From contig JARKUW010000152.1 of the NCBI GenBank assembly GCA_029851965.1, positions 1 to 52,683 on the forward strand: a stretch of DNA of 52,683 nt, given 5' to 3'. This DNA is from Bacteroidota bacterium. GTDB lineage: Bacteria > Bacteroidota > Bacteroidia > Sphingobacteriales > Sphingobacteriaceae. Positions 10,001 through 20,786 of this stretch are shown here, in pieces. Made by a program: the position numbers and the translations under genes. Numbering within the stretch: position 1 is the stretch's first letter; every line of letters begins with the position of its first letter. The notes beneath the pieces are model-generated. The model had not been told where the DNA came from, ran no database searches, and saw only the letters and a program-made list of their open reading frames with translations.

Positions 10001-10815
10001 TGACTTACCCAAAAGAAGAAAATAATTATCCAAAGGCACTGGCGATTTCTACCGCCGTGATGGTTGCTTTCCTAGCTTTAAGTTACTTTATTGCGATCGG
10101 AACGTTCCAGCCTCCGGTGGAAGCCGGTATGGGTGGTATTGTTGTCAATTATGGCACTTCTGTAGAAGGCATGGGATCAGATTACACCAGTATTGAAGAA
10201 CCATCGTCCGATCCGAACGCGAACAATAAGATGCCGGATAAGGTGGTACCTACGCCGGAAGCGCCGCAGGAAACCAGTACCGAGTCGAGCGACAAGGAAA
10301 TTCAAACGCAGACCACAGAAGAATCGGTCAGCATTAATACCAAGAAGACACCAAGCAAAGCAGCCCCTACGGCGGCTGTGGAAGATAAGCCTGCAAAGCC
10401 GGCCATCAATCAGAATGCCTTGTACAAAGGCAAAGCCAACCAGGGTACCGGTGGCGGCGATGGCACGGGATCGACCCCGGGAAACCAGGGAAGTATCAAT
10501 GGTGACCCCCTTTCCAACAACTATGGTGAAGGTGGTTCGGGCTTCGGGAATACACCCATTGCCCTGCGACGTTTCACCAACCTCGTTACACCGGCCGACG
10601 ACGGGCAGAAAACAGGAAAAATTGCCGTCAGGCTTTCCATCAACAAACAGGGAATTGTGATCGATGCCGTTCCGGGTGTGAAAGGAACAACGCTGAACGA
10701 CCGCGAGTTGTGGCAGAAGTGCAAAGAAGCCGTTATGGGTGCACGCCTGAACCAGTCTGAAAATGCGCCGGATGTGCAGGTCGGCGTGGTTGTTTTTAAC
10801 TTTAAAGTTCGCTAG
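9997..10815 (+). CDS. TonB/TolA-like energy transducer
   Basis: N-terminal TM anchor, P/E/T/K-rich and Gly-rich linker, TonB_C-like end (GKIAVRLSINKQG...VVVFNF); follows exbBD. Confidence 0.78.
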   Translation: MMTYPKEENNYPKALAISTAVMVAFLALSYFIAIGTFQPPVEAGMGGIVVNYGTSVEGMGSDYTSIEEPSSDPNANNKMPDKVVPTPEAPQETSTESSDKEIQTQTTEESVSINTKKTPSKAAPTAAVEDKPAKPAINQNALYKGKANQGTGGGDGTGSTPGNQGSINGDPLSNNYGEGGSGFGNTPIALRRFTNLVTPADDGQKTGKIAVRLSINKQGIVIDAVPGVKGTTLNDRELWQKCKEAVMGARLNQSENAPDVQVGVVVFNFKVR

Positions 10816-10830
10816 TAAGGGGTCTTTCGT

Positions 10831-10838
10831 TATTTTTG
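10831..10838 (+). promoter_or_regulatory. -7 box (TATTTTTG) for folC
   Basis: TAnnTTTG match 17 nt upstream of ATG 10856. Confidence 0.55.
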
Positions 10839-10855
10839 CGGACTTAACTCCCACG

Positions 10856-12142
10856 ATGAATTATACACACACGTTGGATTTCCTGTATGGTAAGCTGCCG
10901 ATGTTCACCAGAATCGGCGAAGCCGCATTGAAAAAGGATTTACACAACACCATTGCCCTTTGTGAAAAGCTTGGAAACCCGCAAGACCAGTTTAAGACCA
11001 TTCATGTGGCCGGTACCAACGGCAAAGGCTCGACATCACATATGCTGGCTGCCATCCTGCAGAAAGCCGGCTATAAAACCGGACTGTACACCTCCCCTCA
11101 CCTGAAAGACTTCCGCGAGCGTATTCGCATTAATGGCAAAATGGTATCCAAATCCTTTGTCAGTGGTTTTGTTTCCGCACAAAAGAATTTAATAGAAGAA
11201 ATTCAGCCTTCGTTTTTTGAAGTTACGGTTGCCATGGCTTTTTCCTATTTTGCATTGGAAAAAGTAGATGTAGCCATCATTGAAGTGGGCCTGGGCGGGC
11301 GCCTGGATTCAACCAATATCATCCACCCCGATCTGTCGGTCATCACGAACATCAGTCTGGATCACACAAATATCCTGGGTAGCACCCTGGAAGAGATCGC
11401 CTTCGAGAAAGCCGGGATCGTAAAACCGGGAGTACCTGCAGTAGTTGGCGAAAAAGAAATGCCTTCAGAGCAGGTCTTCCGTGAAAAGGCTGTTGCGGTG
11501 AATACCAGTCTGGAATTTGCCTCAGATCACTATCACGCGGAAGATGTACAGCAGCATGCAGGCAAGCTGCGTATGAACATCCTGAAGGACGGGCAACCTT
11601 TATACAAAAGCCTGGAACTGGACCTCACCGGAACGTACCAGCTCAAGAATATTGTAACCGTTTTGGCAGCCGTGCAGCAGCTGGTTGCACAGGGTTATGC
11701 GCTTGCGGACTCCGCCGTTTACATGGCTTTGAAAAATGTCAAGAAGATCACCGGACTTCAGGGACGGTGGCAGCGGCTGGGGGATCATCCAACCATCATC
11801 TGTGACACGGGGCATAATGTTGCCGGGATCAGCGAAGTGCTCCGGAACATCGAAGCCACGCCGCACAGGCAGCTGCATATGGTCATTGGAATGGTGAAGG
11901 ACAAGGATATCGATGCAGTGTTGAAATTGCTCCCTTCAGGAGCAAAGTATTACTTCAGCCAGCCCGCGCTGGAACGAGCACTTACAGCTGCCGCGCTGCA
12001 GGCGAAAGCACATGCCTTAGGCCTTGCCGGCGACAGCTATGACACCGTGAAAGAAGCATTCGCTGCCGCCAAGCTAAACGCACTGCCGGATGATCTGATT
12101 TTCATCGGTGGCAGCACCTTTATCGTCGCTGAAGTTTTATAA
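10856..12142 (+). CDS. folC: Bifunctional folylpolyglutamate synthase / dihydrofolate synthase
   Basis: IHVAGTNGKGS, YTSPHL, EVGLGGRLDSTN and DTGHN motifs. Start moved to ATG 10856. Confidence 0.95.
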   Translation: MNYTHTLDFLYGKLPMFTRIGEAALKKDLHNTIALCEKLGNPQDQFKTIHVAGTNGKGSTSHMLAAILQKAGYKTGLYTSPHLKDFRERIRINGKMVSKSFVSGFVSAQKNLIEEIQPSFFEVTVAMAFSYFALEKVDVAIIEVGLGGRLDSTNIIHPDLSVITNISLDHTNILGSTLEEIAFEKAGIVKPGVPAVVGEKEMPSEQVFREKAVAVNTSLEFASDHYHAEDVQQHAGKLRMNILKDGQPLYKSLELDLTGTYQLKNIVTVLAAVQQLVAQGYALADSAVYMALKNVKKITGLQGRWQRLGDHPTIICDTGHNVAGISEVLRNIEATPHRQLHMVIGMVKDKDIDAVLKLLPSGAKYYFSQPALERALTAAALQAKAHALGLAGDSYDTVKEAFAAAKLNALPDDLIFIGGSTFIVAEVL

Positions 12143-12183
12143 GAATTTTACATCAACAGCGGTCATAGTTAACCTGATGGGAT

Positions 12184-12191
12184 TAACTTTG
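12184..12191 (+). promoter_or_regulatory. -7 box (TAACTTTG) for pafA
   Basis: Exact TAnnTTTG match 6 nt before ATG 12198. Confidence 0.55.
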
Positions 12192-12197
12192 CCGTTC

Positions 12198-13865
12198 ATG
12201 AAAAGAATATTACCCTTACTCGCTGCGATGTGTCTGCTGAGCAGCATTGCCGTCGGACAAAAGAGAAATGTACAGCATGTTCCTGCAGGGAACGTACCGG
12301 GAGAATTGAAACGTCCCAAGCTGGTTATTGGCCTGGTCGTAGACCAGATGCGCTGGGATTACCTGTACCGGTATTACGATCGCTACAGTGCAGGCGGCTT
12401 CAAAAGACTGGTCAATGAAGGCTTTTCTGCAGAAAATACAATGATCCCTTACACCCCAACCTATACCGCATGTGGACATTCGTCCGTATATACCGGATCT
12501 GTTCCCGCTGTAAATGGGATTGTAGGCAACAACTGGTACGATCCGGAACTTGGAAGAGACGTTTATTGTACCGAAGATAAAGCGGTGCAGACCGTCGGCA
12601 GCAGCTCCACTGCAGGAGAAATGTCGCCTAAGAACATGCTGACCACCACGATTACCGATGAGCTGCGCCTGGCGACTAATTTCCGGAGTAAGGTTATCGG
12701 CATTTCGCTAAAAGACAGGGGTTCCATCCTACCCGCAGGACACTCGGCGAATGCCGCCTACTGGTATGATGGGGAAAGCGGAAACTGGATCAGCAGCACC
12801 TATTATATGAAGCAGCTTCCGGCATGGGTTGATGCCTACAACAAGCAAAAACAAACGAATAAATTTTACGCAGGAAACTGGAGCACGCTATACCCTATTG
12901 ATTCCTATGGACAAAGCACAACCGACAATAAGCCATATGAAGGGCTGAACAAGGGAGAAACAAGCTCTACTTTTCCGCACAAGCTTGCTGATGCCATTGA
13001 CAGGAACTTCGATCTGATCAGAAGTACACCCTTTGGCAATACGATGACCTTCGATCTGGCGAAACTTGCCATATCGGAAGAGGCGCTGGGAAAAGGCAGT
13101 TACACCGACTTCCTTGCGGTAAGCTGTTCATCAACAGACTATATCGGCCACCAGTTTGGTCCGAATTCAATTGAAGCAGAAGATACCTACCTGCGTCTGG
13201 ATAAAGACCTGGAAAGCTTTTTAACGTACCTGGATCAGACCGTGGGAAAAGGAAACTATTTGTTTTTCCTTACTGCTGATCACGGCGGTGCACATGTTCC
13301 GAAGTTTATGGCGGAAAATAAACTGCCAGGTGGCGTGGTGAGCAACAAGAAAATTGCGGCGGATTTAAATAAGGCGATTGAGCAGGAGTTCAAGATCAAA
13401 CAAAGTGTGCTGCTGGTGATGAACAACCAGGTAATTTACAATAAGCCGGAACTTGCAAAAACAGAGGCCGACTTTCAGGAAATCAAGAAATTCAGCGTTG
13501 ATTTTCTTAAACACCAGACAGGTATTATGGATGCGGTTGACATTGCGAACATCAGTGCTGCGACCGTGCCCGAAGTCATTAAAACCCGGGTGACCAACGG
13601 CTACAATGCCCGCAGGAGTGGTGACGTCTATTTCATCCTGAAATCGAACTGGTTTGATGGCGGTGAAACCGGAACAACACACGGTGCATGGTATCCATAT
13701 GATTCACACATTCCGCTGGTCTTTATGGGCTGGAATGTTAAGCCCGGGAAGACGAACAAGACCCACTACATGACGGACATCGCGCCAACGCTCGCCGCCA
13801 TGCTGCGCATACAGATGCCGAGTGGCTGTGTCGGCGAACCGATCAGCGAAATCAGCAACCCTTAA
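12198..13865 (+). CDS. pafA: Alkaline phosphatase, PafA type
   Basis: Signal peptide; [13 protein letters not shown], Thr-nucleophile [28 protein letters not shown] and THG motifs. Confidence 0.9.
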   Translation: MKRILPLLAAMCLLSSIAVGQKRNVQHVPAGNVPGELKRPKLVIGLVVDQMRWDYLYRYYDRYSAGGFKRLVNEGFSAENTMIPYTPTYTACGHSSVYTGSVPAVNGIVGNNWYDPELGRDVYCTEDKAVQTVGSSSTAGEMSPKNMLTTTITDELRLATNFRSKVIGISLKDRGSILPAGHSANAAYWYDGESGNWISSTYYMKQLPAWVDAYNKQKQTNKFYAGNWSTLYPIDSYGQSTTDNKPYEGLNKGETSSTFPHKLADAIDRNFDLIRSTPFGNTMTFDLAKLAISEEALGKGSYTDFLAVSCSSTDYIGHQFGPNSIEAEDTYLRLDKDLESFLTYLDQTVGKGNYLFFLTADHGGAHVPKFMAENKLPGGVVSNKKIAADLNKAIEQEFKIKQSVLLVMNNQVIYNKPELAKTEADFQEIKKFSVDFLKHQTGIMDAVDIANISAATVPEVIKTRVTNGYNARRSGDVYFILKSNWFDGGETGTTHGAWYPYDSHIPLVFMGWNVKPGKTNKTHYMTDIAPTLAAMLRIQMPSGCVGEPISEISNP

Positions 13866-13869
13866 CACC

Positions 13870-13901
13870 CAAAGCCGCAGAACATGCGGCTTTGTTTTTT
13901 T
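13870..13901 (+). terminator. Intrinsic terminator after pafA
   Basis: CAAAGCCGCA-gaaca-TGCGGCTTTG stem followed by a T7 run. Confidence 0.85.
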
Positions 13902-13903
13902 AC

Positions 13904-13911
13904 TAACTTTG
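13904..13911 (+). promoter_or_regulatory. -7 box (TAACTTTG) for icmF
   Basis: TAnnTTTG match 18 nt before ATG 13930. Confidence 0.6.
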
Positions 13912-13929
13912 TCGACCAATGTAAACTGT

Positions 13930-16900
13930 ATGGAACAAGTTGAAGTTTATAAACCGAAAAATAAGATCCGTTTTGTTACTGCCGCCGCATTATTCGACGG
14001 CCACGATGCAACGATAAATATCATGCGCCGCATACTGCAGTCGTCCGGTGCCGAAGTGATCCACCTCGGACACAACCGGTCGGTCGATGAGGTGGTGAAT
14101 TGCGCCATACAGGAAGATGTACAGGGCATAGCGATGACCTCCTACCAGGGCGGTCATATGGAATACTTTAAATACATGTACGATCTGCTACAGGAACGCG
14201 GTGCAGGTCACATTAAAATATTTGCCGGTGGTGGTGGTGTGATACTTCCATCCGAGATCGAGGAGCTACAGGCCTATGGGATTTCGCGCATATTTTCTCC
14301 CGATGACGGCAGGAAGATGGGGCTGCAAGGCATGATCAATCAGATGCTGCAGGAAACCGATCATGTGACGGTGCAATCGGTAACTTCAGAACTTACCGAT
14401 GTACCTCAGCAAAACGTAAAGCGTATTGCTACAGCCATCACGCTTGCTGAAAATGATCCCGAGGGCAGTCAGTCTTTTGTTACGGAGCTAAAGCGGCTGG
14501 CCTCCGCCAAAGTATGCCCTGTACTGGGCATTACGGGAACCGGCGGATCGGGAAAGTCCTCCCTTGTGGATGAGCTCGTCAGGCGTTTCCTGATCGAAGT
14601 TAAAGATAAAACACTGGCGATCATTTCCGTAGATCCATCCAAGCGGAAAACCGGTGGTGCATTGCTTGGCGACCGCATACGGATGAACGCGATAAACAAC
14701 CCCAGAGTGTATATGCGTTCCCTTGCCACCAGGCAAGCCAATCTGGCCCTTTCCCGGAATGTGCAGGAAAGTATAGACATTTGCAAGGCCGCAGGTTACG
14801 ACCTGATTATTGTGGAGACTTCCGGTATTGGGCAGTCGGACACCGAGATTACAGAACACTGTGACGTGTCGCTGTATGTGATGACACCTGAATTTGGCGC
14901 GGCAACGCAGCTGGAGAAGATCGATATGCTTGACTTCGCGGATCTGGTGGCGATCAACAAGTTCGACAAACGTGGTGCAGCGGATGCACTCCGCGATGTC
15001 CGCAAGCAATATAAACGAAATCACAATTTATTTGAGATTGGCGATGATGCCGTTCCCGTTTATGGAACGATGGCTTCGCAATACAATGATCCGGGCATGA
15101 ACAACCTGTTTACGGCATTGATGACGACAATCACTGCGCGTACCGGGGTTGCCTTTGATACAAAGCAATTGATTAGCGCCGGACAATCAGAAAAGATCTA
15201 CATTATCCCACCAGACCGGGTGCGGTATCTGGCGGAGATCGCTGAAGCCAGTCAGACGTACAACGAATGGGTATCCACTCAATCCGCGATTGCGCGCAAG
15301 TTGTACCAGCTGCAGGGCGTGATGCAATTGAACAAAGTGGAGCAAGGCGGGGCAAGGAACGGGAAAAATGCTGATCTGGGAGAGGCCTTACAAGACATGT
15401 ATACCCATCTGGAAGAACAGCTCGACGGAGAATGCAAAAGACTGTTGCGCGCCTGGCCGGATACCGTTGCCAAATACAAAGCGGAGTTCTTTGTGTATAA
15501 AGTGCGTGAGAAAGAAATTAAGCAGCCCCTGTTTTACGAATCACTCTCCCAACTCAAAATTCCAAAGGTTTCCCTACCAAGATACCAGGACTGGGGGGAT
15601 ATTTTACAATGGCTGCTGACAGAAAATGTACCCGGAGAATTCCCGTATGCTGCCGGTGTATTCCCATTGAAACGGGAGGGGGAAGATCCGACCCGGATGT
15701 TCGCAGGTGAAGGTGGGCCGGAGAGAACGAACAAGAGGTTCCATTACGTATCGTTGGGACAGCCGGCACACCGCTTGTCTACCGCCTTTGACTCCGTGAC
15801 GCTGTATGGTGAGGACCCCCATATCCGGCCGGATATTTACGGTAAAATCGGAAACTCAGGTGTGAGCATCGCCACGCTGGACGACGCGAAGAAGCTGTAT
15901 TCCGGATTTGATTTGTGCAAAGCCTCCACATCTGTATCCATGACCATAAACGGCCCCGCTCCTATGCTGCTCGGGTTCTTTATGAATGCGGCAATTGATC
16001 AGCAATGCGAAAAGTACATCAAGGCAAACGGGCTGGAGGAATCGGTACAGCGGAAGATTGATCAAATATATTTGTCGAAAACCCAGCCCAGGCCGGTATA
16101 CCAGGGTGAACTTCCGAAAGGAAATGACGGCCTCGGGCTGATGCTGCTTGGCGTGACGGGCGATCAGGTTTTACCGGCAGAAGTATACCAGGAGATCAAA
16201 GCCTATGCGATGAGTACGGTGCGCGGAACTGTGCAGGCAGATATCCTTAAGGAAGATCAGGCCCAGAATACGTGTATATTCTCTACTGAATTTGCATTGC
16301 GGATGATGGGTGACATTCAAAAGTACTTCATTGATCAGAAGGTGCGGAACTTCTATTCGGTATCCATATCTGGATACCACATCGCAGAGGCCGGCGCAAA
16401 CCCGATTTCTCAACTTGCATTTACGTTGAGCAACGGTTTTACCTTTGTTGAGTATTACCTGAGCAGGGGTATGCATATAGACGACTTTGCGCCAAACCTT
16501 TCATTTTTCTTCTCCAATGGAACCGATCCGGAGTATGCGGTGATTGGCAGGGTGGCCAGGAGAATCTGGGCAAAAGCAATCAAGAATAAGTATAAGGGAA
16601 ATGAGCGTTCCCAAAAGTTGAAATACCACATTCAAACATCCGGTCGTTCTTTACATGCGCAGGAAATTGATTTTAACGACATCCGGACCACGCTGCAGGC
16701 GCTGTACGCGATATACGACAACTGCAACTCCCTGCATACCAACGCGTACGATGAAGCGATAACCACGCCTACAGAAGAATCGGTACGAAGGGCAATGGCT
16801 ATTCAGCTGATCATCAACCGGGAGCTTGGGCTGGCAAAAAATGAGAATCCTTTACAAGGAGCATTCATTATTGAGGACCTGACGGATCTTGTTGAAGAAG

Positions 16901-17322
16901 CCGTCTTGATGGAATTTAAACGAATTAACGATCGTGGAGGGGTACTGGGTGCGATGGAAACGATGTACCAGCGTGGGAAGATACAAGAGGAAAGCTTGTA
17001 TTATGAGACCTTGAAACACTCCGGCGAATACCCAATTGTAGGTGTGAATACTTTCTTAAACAAAAACGGATCGCCTACGATTGTTCCTTCCGAAGTGATC
17101 AGGGCGACCGAAGAAGAAAAGCAGTTCCAGATTTCCGCGCTTCAGCGGTTCCAGGAGCATTACTCCGACCGTGCGGCTGATGCCTTAACAAAATTACAAC
17201 ATACCGCAATCGCTGGTGAAAACATATTTGAGGAGCTGATGGAGGTATGCAAAGTTTGCAGTTTGGGACAGATATCGGCGGCGCTGTATGAAGTTGGCGG
17301 GCAATACCGCAGAAACATGTAA
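13930..17322 (+). CDS. icmF: Fused isobutyryl-CoA mutase IcmF (B12-binding + MeaB-like GTPase + mutase domains)
   Basis: DGHDATIN B12-binding motif, [13 protein letters not shown]-loop, [21 protein letters not shown] and [12 protein letters not shown] motifs. Confidence 0.9.
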   Translation: MEQVEVYKPKNKIRFVTAAALFDGHDATINIMRRILQSSGAEVIHLGHNRSVDEVVNCAIQEDVQGIAMTSYQGGHMEYFKYMYDLLQERGAGHIKIFAGGGGVILPSEIEELQAYGISRIFSPDDGRKMGLQGMINQMLQETDHVTVQSVTSELTDVPQQNVKRIATAITLAENDPEGSQSFVTELKRLASAKVCPVLGITGTGGSGKSSLVDELVRRFLIEVKDKTLAIISVDPSKRKTGGALLGDRIRMNAINNPRVYMRSLATRQANLALSRNVQESIDICKAAGYDLIIVETSGIGQSDTEITEHCDVSLYVMTPEFGAATQLEKIDMLDFADLVAINKFDKRGAADALRDVRKQYKRNHNLFEIGDDAVPVYGTMASQYNDPGMNNLFTALMTTITARTGVAFDTKQLISAGQSEKIYIIPPDRVRYLAEIAEASQTYNEWVSTQSAIARKLYQLQGVMQLNKVEQGGARNGKNADLGEALQDMYTHLEEQLDGECKRLLRAWPDTVAKYKAEFFVYKVREKEIKQPLFYESLSQLKIPKVSLPRYQDWGDILQWLLTENVPGEFPYAAGVFPLKREGEDPTRMFAGEGGPERTNKRFHYVSLGQPAHRLSTAFDSVTLYGEDPHIRPDIYGKIGNSGVSIATLDDAKKLYSGFDLCKASTSVSMTINGPAPMLLGFFMNAAIDQQCEKYIKANGLEESVQRKIDQIYLSKTQPRPVYQGELPKGNDGLGLMLLGVTGDQVLPAEVYQEIKAYAMSTVRGTVQADILKEDQAQNTCIFSTEFALRMMGDIQKYFIDQKVRNFYSVSISGYHIAEAGANPISQLAFTLSNGFTFVEYYLSRGMHIDDFAPNLSFFFSNGTDPEYAVIGRVARRIWAKAIKNKYKGNERSQKLKYHIQTSGRSLHAQEIDFNDIRTTLQALYAIYDNCNSLHTNAYDEAITTPTEESVRRAMAIQLIINRELGLAKNENPLQGAFIIEDLTDLVEEAVLMEFKRINDRGGVLGAMETMYQRGKIQEESLYYETLKHSGEYPIVGVNTFLNKNGSPTIVPSEVIRATEEEKQFQISALQRFQEHYSDRAADALTKLQHTAIAGENIFEELMEVCKVCSLGQISAALYEVGGQYRRNM

Positions 17323-17388
17323 ACAATAAAATACAATCACCGATAGCCTTGCCGGCAATCAGGGCATGGTTATTGGTGATTTCTGGAC

Positions 17389-17856
17389 ATGAAAAAACTG
17401 CTCTATCTTTTTCCCGTCTTGTTGATTCTTAGCGCTTTCTTTTACAGCTGCTCACCGAAAGTTTACAGCACCGCTGCCGATACGGTGAACTTAAACAAAG
17501 AATACCGCGTACTTCTGAGGGACGTGGTAAACCTAAATGGGGACATCAACAAACTAAAAAGCGACATTCCGGTGCTGGAAGCGAAGGCACAGAAAGCGGA
17601 TGCAAAATCTAAAAAGTCGTTGGAAGAAAGCAGGCGTCAGGCAGCGATGGCAACGGGCGGAGATCTGAAGCAGATCCGCAAGGCTGAGTCAAAGGCAAAT
17701 GATGCGAAGGATGATGCTGAGGACGCAAGATCGGCCGGAAAGAAGCTTGAAGATGCCAGGGAAAGTCTGGCGGACTTACAGTCGGAAGTTGCCCGTAAAG
17801 AATCGAGGTTGCAGGAACTTGACCGGCAAAAGAGTGCGATCAATCAGAATTCATAA
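17389..17856 (+). CDS. Hypothetical coiled-coil lipoprotein
   Basis: Lipobox-like FYSC after a hydrophobic N-terminus; K/A/E/D-rich heptads. Confidence 0.7.
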   Translation: MKKLLYLFPVLLILSAFFYSCSPKVYSTAADTVNLNKEYRVLLRDVVNLNGDINKLKSDIPVLEAKAQKADAKSKKSLEESRRQAAMATGGDLKQIRKAESKANDAKDDAEDARSAGKKLEDARESLADLQSEVARKESRLQELDRQKSAINQNS

Positions 17857-18012
17857 GTACGTCCTGAGCTGATATTAAGTACATTCTAAGCTGATATTTT
17901 CTCCAGGAGCAGAATGTGATATTTTAGTTGCAGAAGGATATTTTTAGCTGCATCATTAGCCATCTTCAAAGGAAGAGATTTCCGGCACCTTACCCCATTC
18001 CCGGCAGGCTAG

Positions 18013-18309
18013 TTATTTTGCCCCTTCAATAATTGATTTAAGCTGAGCGGCCTGCATTACGCCGGATTGCCGCCACTTGATCTGACCATTCTTAAATAAT
18101 ATCAACGTTGGCACCCCCTGAATGCGGTATTGACTGGAAACTTCCGGGTTTTTGTCTACGTCAACTTTCAATATGGTGGCTGTATCGCCGATCATGCCTT
18201 TCAACTGTTTCAATATCGGCGCCATCATTTTACATGGGCCGCACCATTCTGCTGAAAAATCGACCAGTACTGGTTTATCTGATTTGATGATCTCTGAAAA
18301 GTTTGACAT
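18013..18309 (-). CDS. trxA: Thioredoxin
   Basis: WCGPC active site and GVPTL; 98 aa. Confidence 0.95.
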   Translation of the reverse strand: MSNFSEIIKSDKPVLVDFSAEWCGPCKMMAPILKQLKGMIGDTATILKVDVDKNPEVSSQYRIQGVPTLILFKNGQIKWRQSGVMQAAQLKSIIEGAK

Positions 18310-18328
18310 TGCGATTTTATTTAATACG

Positions 18329-18369
18329 CCAATTTAACAAATCCTAACCTAAATAGTTTCCTATTTTTG
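18329..18369. promoter_or_regulatory. Divergent -7 boxes: TAAATTGG (minus, 18329-18336, trxA) and TATTTTTG (plus, 18362-18369, aminotransferase)
   Basis: One near-consensus and one exact TAnnTTTG in a 76-bp divergent gap. Confidence 0.5.
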
Positions 18370-18385
18370 TGGTCCGAACACCCCC

Positions 18386-19576
18386 ATGATGATAAGTAAC
18401 AAACAACTTTTCCTGCTGAATACCGCGCAAACCTCCACAACGCCTAAAATGCTGGAGATTGACCATGCACAAGGCATCTATTTATATGATGTTAATGGTA
18501 AAGCATATATGGACCTGGTGTCTGGTTTTGCAGTGAGTAACATCGGGCACCGTCATCCAAGAGTACTGGATGCCATCCGGTCGCAGCTGGACAAATACCT
18601 GCATCTCACGGTTTATGGGGAATATGTACAAACGCCGATGGTTCTTTTTGCGGAAAAGCTGGTATCGATACTGCCTGAAAGTTTGAACAACGTCTATTTT
18701 GTGAACTCCGGCGCAGAGGCAACAGAAGGGGCTTTGAAGCTTGCCAAGCGATATACCAAAAGAAGTGGGATTGTATCCTGTGTAAATGCATACCATGGTA
18801 GTACCCATGGCGCTTTAAGTGTGATGGGAAATGAAGAATACAAGCAGGCCTACCGCCCGCTGCTTCCTGATGTACGTTTTATAAACTTTAATGTGGAAGC
18901 GGATCTGGAGCTGATCACCGAAGAGACGGCCTGCGTGATTGTGGAAACCGTTCAGGGGGAAGCCGGAATACGTGTGGCATCCGGGTCGTACATGACGAAG
19001 CTCCGGGAACGTTGCAGTGCTGTGGGCGCGTTATTGATCCTGGATGAAATACAGGCGGCCTTTGGCCGTACGGGTAAGTTGTTTGCTTTTGAACATTATG
19101 GAATCGTACCGGATATTTTGCTGTTGGCGAAAGCGCTTGGTGGAGGAATGCCTGTAGGGGCCTTTATTGCAGACAAGAAAGTGATGGGTGTGCTGGCGGA
19201 GAACCCTATCCTCGGTCACATTACCACCTTCGGTGGGCATCCTGTTTCCTGCAGCGCAGGACTGGCGAATTTGAATGTTATTTTGGAAGAATCACTGGTG
19301 GAGGGCGTTAAGGCGAAAGAGGAACTGTTCCGTTCGTTACTGGTCCACCCCTTGATCAGCGAGATCAGGGGCAAAGGTCTGATGCTTGCCATTCAGCTGG
19401 ACAGCTTCAGCCAGGTAGAAGCAGTGAGCCACTTCTGCAGTGATAAAGGTGTAGTTATCGACTGGTTTCTCCACTGTGAAACCGCGATGCGAATTGCTCC
19501 TCCTTTAATTATTACAGAAGAAGAAATTCGCAAGGCTTGCGCGGTTATTCTGGAAGCACTGGATTCAGTGGCTTAA
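18386..19576 (+). CDS. Class-III PLP aminotransferase (acetylornithine/putrescine aminotransferase-like)
   Basis: [27 protein letters not shown]-Lys AKALGGG and TTFGGHP motifs. Confidence 0.9.
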   Translation: MMISNKQLFLLNTAQTSTTPKMLEIDHAQGIYLYDVNGKAYMDLVSGFAVSNIGHRHPRVLDAIRSQLDKYLHLTVYGEYVQTPMVLFAEKLVSILPESLNNVYFVNSGAEATEGALKLAKRYTKRSGIVSCVNAYHGSTHGALSVMGNEEYKQAYRPLLPDVRFINFNVEADLELITEETACVIVETVQGEAGIRVASGSYMTKLRERCSAVGALLILDEIQAAFGRTGKLFAFEHYGIVPDILLLAKALGGGMPVGAFIADKKVMGVLAENPILGHITTFGGHPVSCSAGLANLNVILEESLVEGVKAKEELFRSLLVHPLISEIRGKGLMLAIQLDSFSQVEAVSHFCSDKGVVIDWFLHCETAMRIAPPLIITEEEIRKACAVILEALDSVA

Positions 19577-20571
19577 GCGCCGATCGCCTGCCACAACATA
19601 TCTTTCAGTTCGATAAGCCCTTTTTGAGCGACCGAGGAGATGAATACAGATGGGATATTTTCTGGAATTTCTTTTTTCATTTCCTGCATCAACTCGTCGT
19701 CCAGCATGTCGGACTTGGTAACGGCCAGCACGTGAGGCTTCTGCATCAGCTCTGGATTGTATTGCTGAAGCTCTTTCTTTAAGATCTCGTATTCTTCCTT
19801 AATGGTTCTGGTCGTGTCCGCAGGAACCATGAAAAGCAACACAGAATTCCGCTCGATGTGACGTAAGAAGCGGTAGCCTAAGCCCTTTCCTTTTGACGCC
19901 CCTTCGATGATTCCCGGTATATCTGCCATCACGAACGACTTATCACCACGATAGGAAACAATACCCAGGTTGGGCACAAGCGTTGTAAAAGCGTAGTCGG
20001 CAATCTCCGGCTTTGCTGCAGATACGACGGAAAGTAAGGTTGATTTTCCTGCATTCGGAAATCCAACCAGCCCGACATCAGCAAGAACTTTAAGCTCAAG
20101 AACAACCCATTTCTCTATTCCCGCTTCTCCGGGCTGTGCAAAGCGTGGTGTTTGTAGTGTTGATGTTTTAAAGTGCCAGTTTCCGAGGCCGCCACGACCA
20201 CCTGAGGTTAAGATCTTGGTTTCACCTTCTGTGGTAATTTCGAAGAGCACCTCTCCGGTTTCCGCATCTTTTGCGATGGTTCCCAGCGGGACATCGAGTA
20301 TTTCATCCTTCCCGGACTTACCTGTACTTGTTGAACTGGAGCCGCTCAGGCCATCTTCAGCGATGATGTGCTTGCGGTATTTCAGGTGGAGTAAAGTCCA
20401 GAACTGCGGATTACCGCGCAGGATGATGTGTCCACCTCTCCCGCCATCGCCGCCGTCGGGCCCACCAGTGGAGGTTAATTTATCGCGATGTAAATGTGCA
20501 GAGCCGGGTCCGCCCTTTCCGGAGCGACAGCATATTTTAACATAATCAACGAAATTTGAACCTTGTGACAT
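19573..20571 (-). CDS. obgE: GTPase ObgE/CgtA
   Basis: FVDYVKI, Gly-rich [27 protein letters not shown] and DIPG motifs. Confidence 0.97.
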   Translation of the reverse strand: MSQGSNFVDYVKICCRSGKGGPGSAHLHRDKLTSTGGPDGGDGGRGGHIILRGNPQFWTLLHLKYRKHIIAEDGLSGSSSTSTGKSGKDEILDVPLGTIAKDAETGEVLFEITTEGETKILTSGGRGGLGNWHFKTSTLQTPRFAQPGEAGIEKWVVLELKVLADVGLVGFPNAGKSTLLSVVSAAKPEIADYAFTTLVPNLGIVSYRGDKSFVMADIPGIIEGASKGKGLGYRFLRHIERNSVLLFMVPADTTRTIKEEYEILKKELQQYNPELMQKPHVLAVTKSDMLDDELMQEMKKEIPENIPSVFISSVAQKGLIELKDMLWQAIGA

Positions 20572-20652
20572 AATTTTATACGATTAGAATGCATGGAGCT
20601 GAGCTCCTAAAACTCAAAAAGCATGCAAATGCAGGCTTTTCAATAATTGATG

Positions 20653-20660
20653 CAAAGATA
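20653..20660 (-). promoter_or_regulatory. -7 box (TATCTTTG) for obgE
   Basis: Exact TAnnTTTG on the minus strand ~80 nt upstream of the start. Confidence 0.55.
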
Positions 20661-20744
20661 TTTAAATGAAACCATTGTAAGCGGATTACTTACAAATGAA
20701 TAAAACCAGCATTGTGCTGGTTTGGCGGAAGCAAGTTCCGGTTT

Positions 20745-20775
20745 AAAAAGCATGGGACAGGTTACCCTGTCCCAT
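20745..20775 (-). terminator. Intrinsic terminator after adk
   Basis: ATGGGACAGG-gtaa-CCTGTCCCAT 10-bp stem followed by GCTTTTT on the minus strand. Confidence 0.75.
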
Positions 20776-20786
20776 CACTTGAAATG

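Noticed and set aside
10177-10854. 225-aa antisense ORF over the tonB-like gene
   Set aside because: Shadow frame of a low-complexity coding gene; no recognisable motifs.
5719-13929. Extended ORF-track starts (5719, 10763, 12108, 13822; also 31178)
   Set aside because: They overlap upstream genes or terminators; downstream ATGs fit signal peptides, -7 boxes and family N-termini better.
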